A stretch of DNA of 64,000 bases from positions 8,977,677 through 9,041,676 of the forward strand of contig CM082592.2 of NCBI GenBank assembly GCA_040954595.2, written 5' to 3'. The stretch comes from Balanoglossus misakiensis. Lineage: Eukaryota; Animalia; Hemichordata. Each line of letters opens with the position of its first letter. The first letter of the stretch is position 1. Below are positions 29,401 to 42,243 of the stretch, one piece after another. Under the pieces are notes generated by a model, which had not been told where the DNA came from, made no database searches, and saw only the letters and a list, made by a program, of their open reading frames with translations. The position numbers and the translations under genes are program-made.

Positions 29401-32400
29401 GGATTGGGAGGGATATCTTCTTGGGCTGCGGGATGCTGGAAAACTGTTGGGGTTTTGGAGCTGTCTGGAAATCTGCGAACTCGTCGTCTTCGCCGTCACG
29501 CACCAGCCCAAATTTCGACGGAGTCAAGCCGGCGCCACTTACAGCAGGAAGTTTAACTTCCACTTTCTGTTTCTGTTTAGTGGCGCGCTTAGTGTCAGAC
29601 CACTTGCGTTCAAACGTTGGCGACTCGCACGGCAGTTTCATAGATTTGCCACCCAGTATACCAGGGTGCCTTATTGAGCTGGGTGAGGAAGATCCGCTGG
29701 TGGGAAGGTCGGGGAAGACATCCTGCTGTCCGACGCGGGGGAATCCCGGAAATTCCGGGTCAGTATTCTGACTGCTGGACGTTCGAGATGAAGCCCTGGA
29801 ACTCGACATACTGCTGCTGGAACAGCTGTCCACAGATTTGAAATCCGCATACTCGTCTTCGCTGGACATTGGGGGATACATGCAACCTGCAAGACCAGAT
29901 AAAACAGTGAAGTACACATGATACACAGTATGTCTATGCATAGAGTTTGAGTAGTGCTGAGCGAACTAACAATTCAGTGCATTTCAATAAAACAGAACAT
30001 AACCCCAAAACGGTAACGGAAATCACCAATAGGAATTCAATTGACAGCAACTTTGTCCCTTCACCCAAACATCAGGAACTAAAAAGAACTTTTCTGGCAG
30101 GTCAAGAAGAAACTACGAAAAATAGCCAAAAGTTACAAGGTAGGCATGACCACCTCATAAATAAACCATCTCCTGAAATAAATGAACTATACTATGATAG
30201 ACAAAAGAAGTAGCTCTCTTCACATCACACTCAAACGAACCATCACACTCCCTTCCCAAACTGTGCTTTCAAGACACATGCACGTTTACAAAACCCATAT
30301 TACAACATACATGTGCATTAACACCTTATTTTGACACACATCTAATTCAGTAACTGCGATATTTGGACATACAAACACAAACACATGGATACAGCACCTC
30401 TCCCACAAACATGAATACAGAAAACCATCATTATAATAAACAAATCCACATCCATACAAAGCAAAAGGTGTACGTAAAAACAACATCACTCATCCAAAGC
30501 ATTCATCCAGATACAAAATGTCCACATACACATGCAATGGATCACAATCAAGGCTACCATACCTATGACCACCCATCAAGTGGCAGCATGGCTGACTTAC
30601 AACGCATAAACTTGTTTTCAAGTACATTTCAGGTATGTAAATGTACACGATGTGTCGCAACAGACTGGCGCAGCAAATTTTTGGAAAATCAGTCTTTATA
30701 CTGATTGTGTGATTGAAGCTTTATTTGCAGAACAGTAGCACTGTCTGTATGTTGCATGGCTGATTGTCATGGTTATAGATGGGAAGATCAGGAGGAAATT
30801 ATTGCAGTTTTTAGTTTGACCTTAGGACATGCATTATCTGATAGAACTATAAACCACACAGAAAAAGGAATTTTTCATATTGGAGATACTTGGGGGCTTG
30901 AGATTAATCAGATTGACTAATTTGTAAACAACATTCACATTTAGTGAAACACAACTTGTTAGGTAGGTCATAGGTCAAGGTAGGTCAAAGATCAAACATG
31001 ACGAGAAACGTAATGATGAAAAGGAAACATGCAACAGACCTGATGGAATAGAGTTATTGGAACATGTGTCTTGATCTGAGGCCATGTGAAATGCCGAAAA
31101 CTTATCCAATATATCGATGCCACCTGCAGAGCCTATACTGCTGGCAGAGTGGGTCGGGGATGGGGTGGCCATCTCCTCCGTAGTTTCCGCGGCGGCAGCC
31201 TCAGCGGCGGCCGAGAAAGAGTACTGAGGTGGAGCGGGAGGCGGGGGAGGAGGAGGAGGAGGTAGGAGAATGAAACCAGATGATGATATTGACGATGAAG
31301 ATGATGATGATGGCGGTAATGATTGAGGTGGTGGTGGTGGTTGTTGTTGGGGCAGAGATCTTGCCAGACTCGGCTCTGCAGTGTTTGTAAGACCTGCAAT
31401 TTACCAGATTAGCACCACGTTGAGATGTGTGGACGTACATACACCACGGGTGGCGTGTACTCATTCTGTAAAGTAGATATTTTAAGTCACACGAAATTAT
31501 GCTGTAAGAGTGGGTGGGGATGGCATCATTTCATTTCAGTGGGTATATTATAACTAATAAAATGTTTGATCTTGCACATTTAAGACACAGAACAAACAAC
31601 AGTAAAAGGCGCATTGACCACATGCAGAAGATCCTTAAAAGATGAACACAAAGCAGAGGGGTTGATGTATGCAAAATTTGGTAGTCTGACTCAACTGACT
31701 GGTAAATTACAATACAGTCATGCAGCACACTGGCCCAAACAACCTGCACAGCAGTCAAATACAGGGACAATGGTTCGCACGGTTGGCACACTCAGTCACA
31801 AATGTATCTGTACTTTAACACATCAACTGATGACATAGTTCTCAAAAACTCAGCAGCCATAATACCAGCCACAACAAAAAAATGTGCACAGACGCAAATA
31901 CTGAAAATCTACAGCCATTGCAAGCACAACATCAAAGCACATGTACTACACAAAAATGCAAAACCGATGAGCATTATCTTTCTATGTCCTTGCTAGCCTC
32001 AAAAGTGAACTCTATCCAGAACCCCTGCAGTGTGAGGATCATACAATGCATTAACCCTTTCACCGCTGATGGGCAGCTAACTCATCTAGTGCCTGTATTA
32101 TGAATAACACACAACTACAACAAGTGGTCTTCCAACTAGAAAGAAACAAAACTGACTGCAATACCTGTTGTTGGTGGCGGCTGGGCTTCTTGAAACGGAG
32201 CGAAGTCATCGTTGGCCACAGGGGGTGCCTCGATAGGAGTCTTTGCAACTGGTGTTGCGGGTGTGACAGTGCCACTAGAAGGCGCACTGGCCGGTGTGCT
32301 AGGAGTGGATCCCCCTGGCGGTGTCAGCACTGGGGCAGGCGGATGTGGCAGCTTGTACAGGGCCTCTAGTGTGACATTCTGGGTTTGACCACTCTGAAAT

Positions 32401-35400
32401 GAGGTGAACTTCATATTATCAGTCAAAATTCAAAACAGTTAATAAGAAAGATACGAGATTATGACTAATACTGCCACCGACAACTAGAGTAGACTAAATG
32501 TTTGTATGCAAGTCAACAGGCAGTGTATGATTGATATTTACCTGTGCAATAGCAATCAGTGCTAGTGCCATGAACATTTCCTCTTTGGTGAGAACACCTG
32601 GGATTGTCTTGTTACACATGGCCCAGATGTGACCTAACACAGGTCTGTCCAATCCCGATAGCACTAATATAGGATACAGTAATTCAGTCTCGATTTTGCC
32701 ATTGCGAAACGTGGCCTCCAGGACGTGTTTGTAAACTATGGGAAGATTGGCTTCATTGTGGCACCTGCAGGGATAAACAGACAAATTGATATCAAGAACT
32801 CACTGTAAATATTCCTCCTGTTGTAGAGGCAATAACATTGTCTGATATCCAAAGATATTTTCCTTTCCTATACCAAGATCTGGTGAAAGTCTGTTTTCAT
32901 GTTTTAATGACTCCACTTACCAAGGAGGGGGAGTAAAAGTTGAAGGACTGCCCTGACCACTAGATGGCAGTGTTGACGGAGGAGTCACCTGACCGTGAAC
33001 TGTACTGGGATTGGGCGCAGAGGTGTTCACACTCAGAGGTTGTTGTACATTCTGTGCCTCTGGAGTGACATTTTCTTGTGGCGTCGGCATCTTGAATAAG
33101 TCAGATATGTTTTCTCTGTTCATGTCCCACTGTATTGACTTTGAGCTCTCTGAAAGACAAACATGTCATCAGCACATTCACTTGCAAGATTGAAGCAGTT
33201 TACCAAATCCCAAATGTTCTGCAAAGTTAGCTACTCCCAATGGTGACAATTGTACCTGTAAATGAGGTAGTCTGTATTTTTGTGCTTTGTCCGTGTGCCT
33301 CGCTTAATGTTGTCTTCTGTTTGAAGGTCTTCTTGGCTTTTTGTGGTCCTGCCAAGTCTGTGATTGACTCTAACATCATTGACTCCAGGTCTGCAAAACA
33401 AGAAGGCAAATCCTCAGTCCATGTTCAAACCCACACATTAAAAGAAAGGTGTTTTTTTCAATAGAATTGTTGTTTAATAACAAAACAAAACCACTCACTC
33501 TGTTTTTCCTCAACTTTTGGAGTTTGTTTGGTGGCAGGTGAAGGTGCCAGAGTCTGTTTGGTGTCAGCTGGTACAAGCGTCTGTCCTGTCGACACAGCAG
33601 GTGTTGTTGTCTGGAGTGAAGTCACCGCTGCATTGGCATTCACCATAGGAGTTGGTCCTGCCATGAAGTCTCCAAACCCATCATCATCATTCACTGGTGC
33701 TGATGGAACTGTTGCTGCTGGCTGTGCAACTTCTACACAACAGGGAAGAGGAAAATGAATTCTCACATGACTACATTCTTTTGTCACGTGACTGAACAAT
33801 GTCACGTACATGCAATGTTTAGACTGTGTATCAAATGTCTTCTCCTATATGTACACACAAATCCTTGTCTGCACCAGCACCCATTTGAAAACCAGCTTTC
33901 GCCAACAGCAAAACTCACCCTGTTTCATGGGAGCAGGCGTCTTGCTAGCATTCATGGCAGGACCACTTGTCGTCTTCTTGTTCTTACCACTGCCAAACAT
34001 TCCCATCATGCTCTCCAGAGATGACACATTACTGGGACCCCAAGTGGCAACACTGCCGGGCTGACTGAGGGCTTTCAGTTTCATCTGCTGCTCCTGAAAG
34101 TATCTTTCTTTTTTGAATTTTTCAAAACTTTTTTTCTGCTCCTCGGTCATGTTCTGTGGCTGCATTTGTACTGGCCTGTCAGGTAAAATTAAGAACAAAA
34201 TCAGAGTTAGAAAATGTTTCTGGAAGTGATAACAAAGGCAAACTATCTTTACTTTCTATCAACAGAAATGAAAATGCTTCGGATCCAGAAAATATTAAAC
34301 AGCATAGTAAGTGTCATAAAAGACTTCAATGTTGATGCAAACTATTTTAAGTTGACTGTAATTGTTCCTTTAATAGAGGACTGTATATTATAAACAAATC
34401 AGAGCAGAAAGACTTACATTTGGTTCATTGGCATGTTGAAGTTTTGTTGACCATACGCTGCTGCTACTTGTGAGTACGGAGGTGGCTGAAATTGTGGCAT
34501 TGGTTGATTTGGGGGCATGTAATAACCCTGTAGTGAATCAAAACTTGGTGTTAGAGTATGTACTGTGTTTAAAGTGATAAGATAGGCTGTCAACACACTT
34601 TGGTTAAACGAGATTCTGTGCAATATAAATCCTCTTCATTAGTATTATTTGTATTACACAACCTACCTGCGGGTGCATTTGAGGGGGCATCATCTGCTGC
34701 TGATTGAAGCCGGTATGATGAACTTGAGGTTGTGGCATGGGCATCATGCCACCCGTGGGGGCCATCATCATGTTGCTCTGTGCCGGTGGCATGCCTGGTC
34801 GCGGCTGTTGAGCGTAGGCGTTCCCTACTGGCATCATGGGAAGCCGACCATGGCCAACGACATTCATACCTGGCATTCAACATGTACATATGAAGTTTTA
34901 ATTAATTTGATGATCTTCCACGTCTTAGGCAAATTTCAAAATTACCAGAAATTCCAAAACTGTTAAAGAATACCTACCAGGTTGGCCTGGTCCTGACATT
35001 GGCGGCCTGAAATCGTAACAAAAGACAAAATGGTACATTTATTCAAATTCAGTAAAATAATAAGTCATTTAAAATCACAGTGAGTTAGGGAATTGACTTT
35101 ACTTGCGTTGAAGAAAATCACACTTTTGTGAGTTGACAGCATGGTATTAGTCATGTTGCATATATGTGAAGGGCGTTAGGGAGAAGCTTAAATGCCAATA
35201 CTATGAACACTATACTTTATAGGCTAAATATCCGAAATGTGGAATTTTTGTGTGTAAATATATGTTTTACCAACGTGTATCACCCTGCACAGTGGACAGT
35301 GTAGTGGTGAAATATGTGTGTTTAGAGTAAACAGAGACACATTGCTGGAATCTGGCGAGGTAATACTTGTTTTCATGTTCCACCACACAAGGTGCATAAT

Positions 35401-36522
35401 TCCTATGCAGGTGAAGTAAAATTGTATTCACATGTTTTTTTTGTGGAGTTTTGTGCAGTGAAAAAGATTATAAAAAATATTATCATTTATTTTCCATTTA
35501 ACTCTGAGGAACGTACTCATCAATCAAATCAAATCTATGTGTACATAGGCTAAGAGTAACATGTAGAATTATGAATGAAAACCCAACTGCTTACAGCTTC
35601 CCTCTTAAAGCTTCGCAAGTGGCTTAGCATTTGGATTGAAATCTTAAATTATTGTGTGCTACATAGAAGACATATAATAAGTATTAACAAGAGATTAAGA
35701 AGAGATTGTCAGCTATTTATAAAGTGATGGGTATGACTGGATATGTTGTTGCGGTGATACGACACACTCCAGACTTCACAATGACTCCCTACCTCCCCCT
35801 GTGGAAGGTGGACCGATCTTCACGATACGGATTCCGTCTTCCTCCTCTATCAAGACTGCTTGTTGAAAATTGTGAAAACAATTTATAACACCCATTTTAA
35901 CATCTGAAGTGTTACTCTTACCCCTGTTCTCTTTGATTTGTCTGCTTGACTTTATTTCATAAGTTAATGGTTATTTTAGACCACATGTAATATTATGCAG
36001 TTTGGTCGTCCATGGGTATTTTTCCACAAGTTAATTAATGTAGCATTATAACATTAGTTTGTGTTGAAAACAACAGGAAATTAGGTCTTATATGTGATAT
36101 AGACATGATGTCTAGATCACATATAAGAACTCATTTCCTCCGTCACTGGAGTGACCGGCAATGTATGACATGACACTTACAAAATGTTTACAAGGCACTT
36201 TAAAAGTTGCTAAAGAATGTATGATGGATTTGACTTCCAACTTTGAGATCAGCATCAGTTTGTAGACGATCGCCTACGTCACTCGTCGAGTCGGTGAGTT
36301 GTAACGTGGATGGATGCGCCGCGACCGTCGTTCATTCGGTACGCGGACTCGTCATCGACACGCCCTTCTCTCGTTTTATCATTCTAAACATTCGTTCGAC
36401 CCGACGTGTGCCATTTGCTTATGTATCATATGTATTTCACAATACGCGTTGAAAAAAACACAATATTCACAGATTTTTCAGTAAAAAATTGACGAACGGA
36501 AGACTACTTACCTGTACGCCAT
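26420..36522 (-). CDS. SYNRG: Synergin gamma (AP-1 gamma-ear-binding, EH-domain protein), complete, 17 coding exons
   Basis: Exons 36512-36522, 34978-35006, 34667-34869, 34418-34527, 33919-34175, 33499-33732, 33256-33390, 32921-33149, 32542-32764, 32165-32393, 31040-31393, 27802-29886, 27566-27678, 27213-27363, 27012-27068, 26786-26877 and 26420-26662 join in phase. Protein has a Met/Pro/Gln-rich N-terminus (MAYRPP), an EH domain (LYPILVLSGLDRPVLGHIWAMCNKTIPGVLTKEEMFMALALIAIAQ), many [DE]FxDF motifs, and the C-terminal ACGVCLLNVD...LTYGGRQYHAMCANFWVNLVD. An upstream in-frame ATG lies at 36555. Confidence 0.92.
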
Positions 36523-36555
36523 ATTGATATAGGGTTTGTTTGTTCGGTTATTCAT

Positions 36556-36995
36556 TTCACCAATCATGATGGGTATGGGTCAGCGCAAGGGCGTATCTGA
36601 TCACATGAGAATATAGCAGGTCACCTGATGTTGTCAGCTGATCAATCGGCCAGCTTATGCTCGGGGTACCCACAATCAGAAATGGCAGTATGTTGATTTC
36701 AACAACAAAACTCCGCATTACTCGTCTTAAACCCAAGTTTTTCCCTTTGCATAATATTTTAGGGAATAAAACACAGGTCGTGCACAACGGAGACTGACGG
36801 CAACGTGCAAGTCATTTGTCATAATTACAATGCCACGCATTATCTGCCGGTTAGATATCTGTATGGGGAGCGTTCCCCCGCACTACCTCAGCCAAGGAGG
36901 GTGAAACAGAAAGCCGGGTAACAAGGGACTTGAAAGGTAGAGTCCAGTCCGGCGATCGTGTGTATATTCAACAGTGACGAGACAGTTAACTATAA
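36556..36995. promoter_or_regulatory. Probable bidirectional promoter for SYNRG and the ATP7-like gene, with a candidate non-coding first exon of the latter
   Basis: The genes are divergent and the interval is CpG-enriched. A + strand donor AAG|gtaaat lies at ~36995 and an acceptor ttttttccacacag ends at 38466, just before the ATG at 38553. Confidence 0.5.
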
Positions 36996-37676
36996 GGTAA
37001 ATTGATCATCTTATATGACTTGATATCAAGCGGTTAAATGTCTATAGTGTGTGTGGATAGGGACGCGGAAATCGACACATTGAGATCCCAGCCTCAGTTG
37101 GCCTTGATGGGCAAGCAAAGTTATACGTTGTCGTTATCGATCGAAAAGGGATCTGTGGTTTGTCAAGCCTCTTGGCTTTCCCATGTACTGAATTGTTTGT
37201 GAATATCCGATCTGTACCTCGGTTATTCACACTCGTCCATCCACTCACCGACACGAACACACTGGGGAAGGCCAGGGAAGCTGTGTACGTGCTACAGATT
37301 GGAACCACAGACAAAGAGAATTGTAGCATTGGTGGTGGGCTGGTGGACTGATCAGTTTTAATGGAATCATCTGGAAAGTATTACATTTCCCACACTGATG
37401 CCTGCATAGAAGGATGCTTATTGGTACAAACAGAAAGTTATTAAGTTTATCAATCAATAGTTATCACAACACATAAACAAACAAACAAATAAATAAATAA
37501 AAAGAGATCAGATTAAAAGAAATAATTCCAAAGTGGACCCATTATAAGTAAAATCAACTGAACTGTCAAGTAAATTAGGCTTAACATTTTTTTTTTTAAA
37601 AGACAAATTTGGAAACAAACAAAATCCTGATGAGGGTCACATTACTGTCCAGCTTGGTATACCGGTAACTACAAAA

Positions 37677-37803
37677 TTTACTCAGAATTAAGCAAGTCAC
37701 TATACTGTATGTATTGTATCAATACAGTATGCATCTTTTACTCAGAAAACCTGATGAGTCACTGTACTGTATTGTATGTATTGTATCAATACAGTATTCA
37801 TCT
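37677..37803. repeat. Imperfect ~60-bp tandem duplication
   Basis: tttactcagaa...agtcact.tactgta...tgtattgtatcaatacagtat.catct occurs twice in tandem. Confidence 0.75.
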
Positions 37804-38552
37804 ACGTATATTGTAATGAGAATGTTTGTGCTGTGTGCAAAGTCGTCGAAGGTTGTGCAGTGTGCAAAACACTTGTTTAAAAATAAATTGCAGTGCATTA
37901 CAATATCATTTGACCAGATGTTGAAAGTCCCTGCCTACATTGTCCATTACATCCTTCCATGAATGTACTTCAACCTGTACGGATCTGATTATATAAGCAG
38001 CTACTTTGACACAAGTGTAGTACACGAGTAATAAAAAAGAGGACGGTACATTGTTCCGGACTGCAGGTACTGTGTACATAAAGCGAGAAATGTTGTGTTT
38101 TACCAAAATATCTGGCTACACACCAGCGAATATAGCCTACATGTATAGATACACTATTGTCGCACTTTTGTGTTGTTATAAATGACAAGCTTTCACAAGT
38201 TGGAGGCAACTCTAAGTGTTCGCTTAAAAATGTGTCACACCCTATTCCCAGTGCATGGTAATTACTATAACTCATTACGTAATAACCATCCTTTTCACTG
38301 TGGAAATGCCTTTCTCTTATTCAGTGTGTTTGTAAGAGGATTCTACAATTAGAATACATGTACTATATCTTCACTTGAAGGGATCACCTGCTCCAGCAAG
38401 TGCAATGGATATGGTACAGATATTGGCACGGATGTTAACAATGACTTTCTATTTTTTCCACACAGGCAACATCGTCAGTCCATTCAAACACGGTCGGTAT
38501 TTGAAGACAGTGAACAGTTTGCGCACAAGTCATCCAGAAGGATCGCGTAGAA

Positions 38553-41500
38553 ATGGCTGCAAGATCTTACAGCAGTTTGGTCAACCTCAGCGATGACTCC
38601 GGGGACGAGGGCGGCCGTCAGCCTCGAGACTCCTGCTGCTCTGCACGGAACGACAAGAAAGAGTGTCCCCGGAGCTGCTGTGATGGTCCGGACAAGGGAC
38701 CTGGCAAGTGTAAGGCCAAACCGTGCTGTGAAAGCAAAGGGTGTGACGTGACGACACCGTTGTGTGACACTGGAGATGATGGTGATGGTGATCATGGTGA
38801 AAGTGATAGTGATGACGATGATGGTGGTGGTGGTGATGACGATGATGATGATGATGAAAAAGAAAATGGTGATTCTTGCGTAGATGATTGCTGCTCCAAA
38901 ACCGAGCAACCACAGCAACAATCCGAAGAGTCTTGCTGCAGCAGTCCAAAGAAGACGTGCACAGCATCTCCGACAGATACTAACAACACCAATGGCTGCT
39001 GTGGTTCTGAAAGTACAGGCAGTTGCTGCTCTAAGCCTTCAGAAAGTCCAGCAATGAAGAGCACACCCTGCTGTGCAGAGAACGGCAACATGGGAGAAAG
39101 TTGCAGCTCTGATGATGCCAAAGGAGATGCCTGCTGTGCCGAGAAACAGGAAGACAAAGCCGATTCATGTTGCAGAAAATCTACTGGGGAAGATGACGCA
39201 GTTGCTCAGAAAGAGCCCAAGACATGCTGTTCCAAAAGCTCCAGCAAAGAAAATGCTGCTTCTGATTCTGGAGATGCCTGCAAGTCAGCAGAACAACCAG
39301 CCGCCGGTTCCTGCTGTTCAAAATCAAAGAAGCCTGCCCTGCCTACAACAGAGGAAACACCTTGTAGGAGTTCTGCCAATAAATGTTCTGAAGGTGAAGT
39401 AACTCCTTGCGGTTCCGAGAAAGGTGATGGTAAAGATGATTGCAGCAGTGGTACTGCAGGCTGCTGCGCCAAAGAGAGTTCCTGCGAGAAACCAGTGGAC
39501 CCCTGTTGTGCGGATCCCACAAAGAAGTGTTCAGGCCCAGCAACAGAAGCAAAATCTCCCTGTTCGAAAAGCAAAGAAGCTCTTTCCGGCGCCGGCGATT
39601 GTTGCGCCAACGGCAGCACTTGTCAGAAACCGGCTGATCCCTGCTGTTCGGGTCCGTCCGCAAAAGCCAAGCCCTGCTCCAAAAGTTCTGCCGGCCCCAG
39701 CAAAAAGGAGAGCTGGGCCGTTTTCAGCAAGCGTGACGACGACGTCACCATGTCTCTGTTGCCGGGCGCTGACGAAAAGTCCACGGTGGTGAAGGTGACG
39801 ATGACGGTGACTGGAATGACTTGCGTGTCTTGTGTGACAACGCTGGAGAAACAGCTGATGAAACAAACAGGTGAGAAACTTAGAATGTATCATGGGAGAT
39901 CCCCTTGCAGCTCGACTATTTTGACCCTTCCAACTCTCTTGACATGACTTGTGAATAAAATCACGCCGGTCTTCTCAATCTGACAAATTCTGTTTTTTTG
40001 TGGATAAATTGCTGTTTGTGTTTCAATAATAATGTAAATTTGTTCCCATGTAGGTGTCGTTGAAGTGTTAGTGGCATTGATGGCACAGAAAGCTGAAGTT
40101 CGTTACGACACCTCCATCATCAAGATTGAGAAAATTACGTCTCTAATCACCAGCCTGGGATTCAAAGCAGAAGTACATGAGAATGCTGATGGATTGACAA
40201 TTCTGGAGCTTTTAGTGAGTTGGGTGTTTTTGTCTTTCTTCTTCTATGGTGCAATCGAATTTGACCAAAGATAGAGGGAAAATGTATTTTAGTGAAGTGT
40301 GTCATATTAGACTAATTTTGGAATAGAAACTACACAATGCATGAAATTAGTGACTTGAATGAAAGCCTGTGTTTGTTCTGACATGTCTGTGAACATAAAA
40401 CATCAGTTGCATTGTGAATATGCATGGCAGACATATCAAAGGTCTTTTGTTTGCACACATATGTACATAGATCTTTCTTGTTCAGTTGGAAATGTCTAGA
40501 ACAAAATTGCTGCCTCATATTAAACATGTTTTCATTATTATTTTTTTCTGTTAGAAACGGGCGAGGTTTTTCGTGGAGTGTCTTTTATACCTGAACAAAA
40601 ACTTAGCTGCCCCTGCTAAGAGACATATGTACAAACAAATATTTTTTGTTGTTGTAGATTTCAGGTATGACCTGTTCTTCCTGTGTAAGCCTTATTGAGG
40701 GCGTTGTTTTGAAATTAAAGGGCGTTGACTATGCATCCGTTTCCTTGTCAACCAGCAAGGGAGTATTCAAATATGACAACAGTCTCACAGGACCAAGAGA
40801 TATAATAAAATCCATTGAGGTTAGTATGGCATTGTGTATCATTCCTAAGCCCAAATGTAACTAATTTGTTGAGTTGCTAATTTGACCTCAAATATCTGAA
40901 GAGGAGGATGGAATATGTCACACACACAAAACTGCAGATTTTAATTCTGTCTTTTTTCTCACATTTCGTGACATTTTGATGACTAGGATGCTGGTTTCAG
41001 TGCAGATATTGCCACTGGTGGTTTGCAGAAGTCTTTGAAAGTTATTCGACAAGAAGAAGCAATAAAACAGTGAGTACATGTTCAATATCAACTACATTCA
41101 CAGCTTGTACGTCAAAGAACAAGCATGGTGACCATTGTATTTTATTACAGATTTTCATTATACTCACAAAGGAGAATCCACAATTAACAGAATTGACCAC
41201 ATCCTTATTTTTTCTTCATTTTGATTTCCTTACGTACAGGTGGCGCAATTCTTTCTTCTTCTCTCTGATCTTCGGTGTGCCGGCATTTCTCATCATGTTG
41301 TATTTTATCATCTCTGGCAATGAATTGATGATCTGTCCCGGCCTGTCCTTGGAGAACCTTCTGCTCTTCCTGCTGGCGACTCCCGTGCAGGTACGAGAAT
41401 GGAATCTCCACTACTTCATTGATCCAACCTTTTCTTTTAGCGAGATACAGTGATTAGTCACTTTCCGAAATCGGCAAAATACAATGTAGTTGTGTAGCAG

Positions 41501-42211
41501 TGGGAGCTACAGTGTCACCGGCGCTAATTTCACTCTATCTCGTCCTTATTACAGTTTCTGAGTGGCTGGAACTTCTATGTCCGTGCCTACCAAGGACTGA
41601 AACACAGAACGGCCAACATGGATCTGTTGGTCTCCATGTCAACCACAACTGCCTATGTGTACTCTGTTGTTGTACTGTTTGTTGCCATAGGAATGATGAC
41701 ACCAACAAGTCCAAAGACATTTTTCGACTCGCCACCACTATTATTTTTGTTCATTTCTCTGGGGAGGTGGCTCGAATATATCGCAAAGGTATGGATATTA
41801 TTCCTTTTTGTTTGTACCTCAGTGTCATAGCAGTATACTATGAATTTGATATACACAGATCTTGTTGTTCCATATTAACCACATCTGGTAGTGTGTAAAT
41901 GTGTGCCTTTTTCTCTGCTATGCCGCAATCCAGGGCAAAACATCGGATGCACTTGCGAGGTTGATATCCCTGCAAGCCACAGACGCGACTCTGGTCGTTC
42001 TCGGGGAAGACAATGAGATCATGTCCGAGGAGCAGATCGATATTGATTTGGTACAGCGAGGTGACACACTTAAAGTTGTACCCGGTGGCAAAGTGCCAGT
42101 GGATGGACGCGTCCTTGTGGGTACAACCATGGCAGATGAGTCGTTGATTACGGGCGAGTCATTACCGGTGTTGAAAGAACCAGGTATGTAAATTAAACAG
42201 GAATGACATAT

Positions 42212-42243
<32 letters not shown>

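Noticed and set aside
27852-29771. Several + strand ORFs of 76-155 aa
   Set aside because: They are antisense shadows of the large SYNRG exon, with no independent motifs.
31133-31464. His-rich and Thr/Ile-rich ORFs on the - strand
   Set aside because: They are alternative frames of the SYNRG poly-Pro/Ser exon; splice phase selects the other frame.
38484-39893. Minus-strand ORFs, including a poly-His and a poly-Ile/Thr ORF
   Set aside because: They are antisense readings of the (GAT/GGT)n Asp/Gly tract in the ATPase exon.
38553-39947. Cys-rich ORF as a stand-alone metallothionein or keratin-associated gene
   Set aside because: The same frame runs into GMTCVSC and splices in phase to the ATPase exons.
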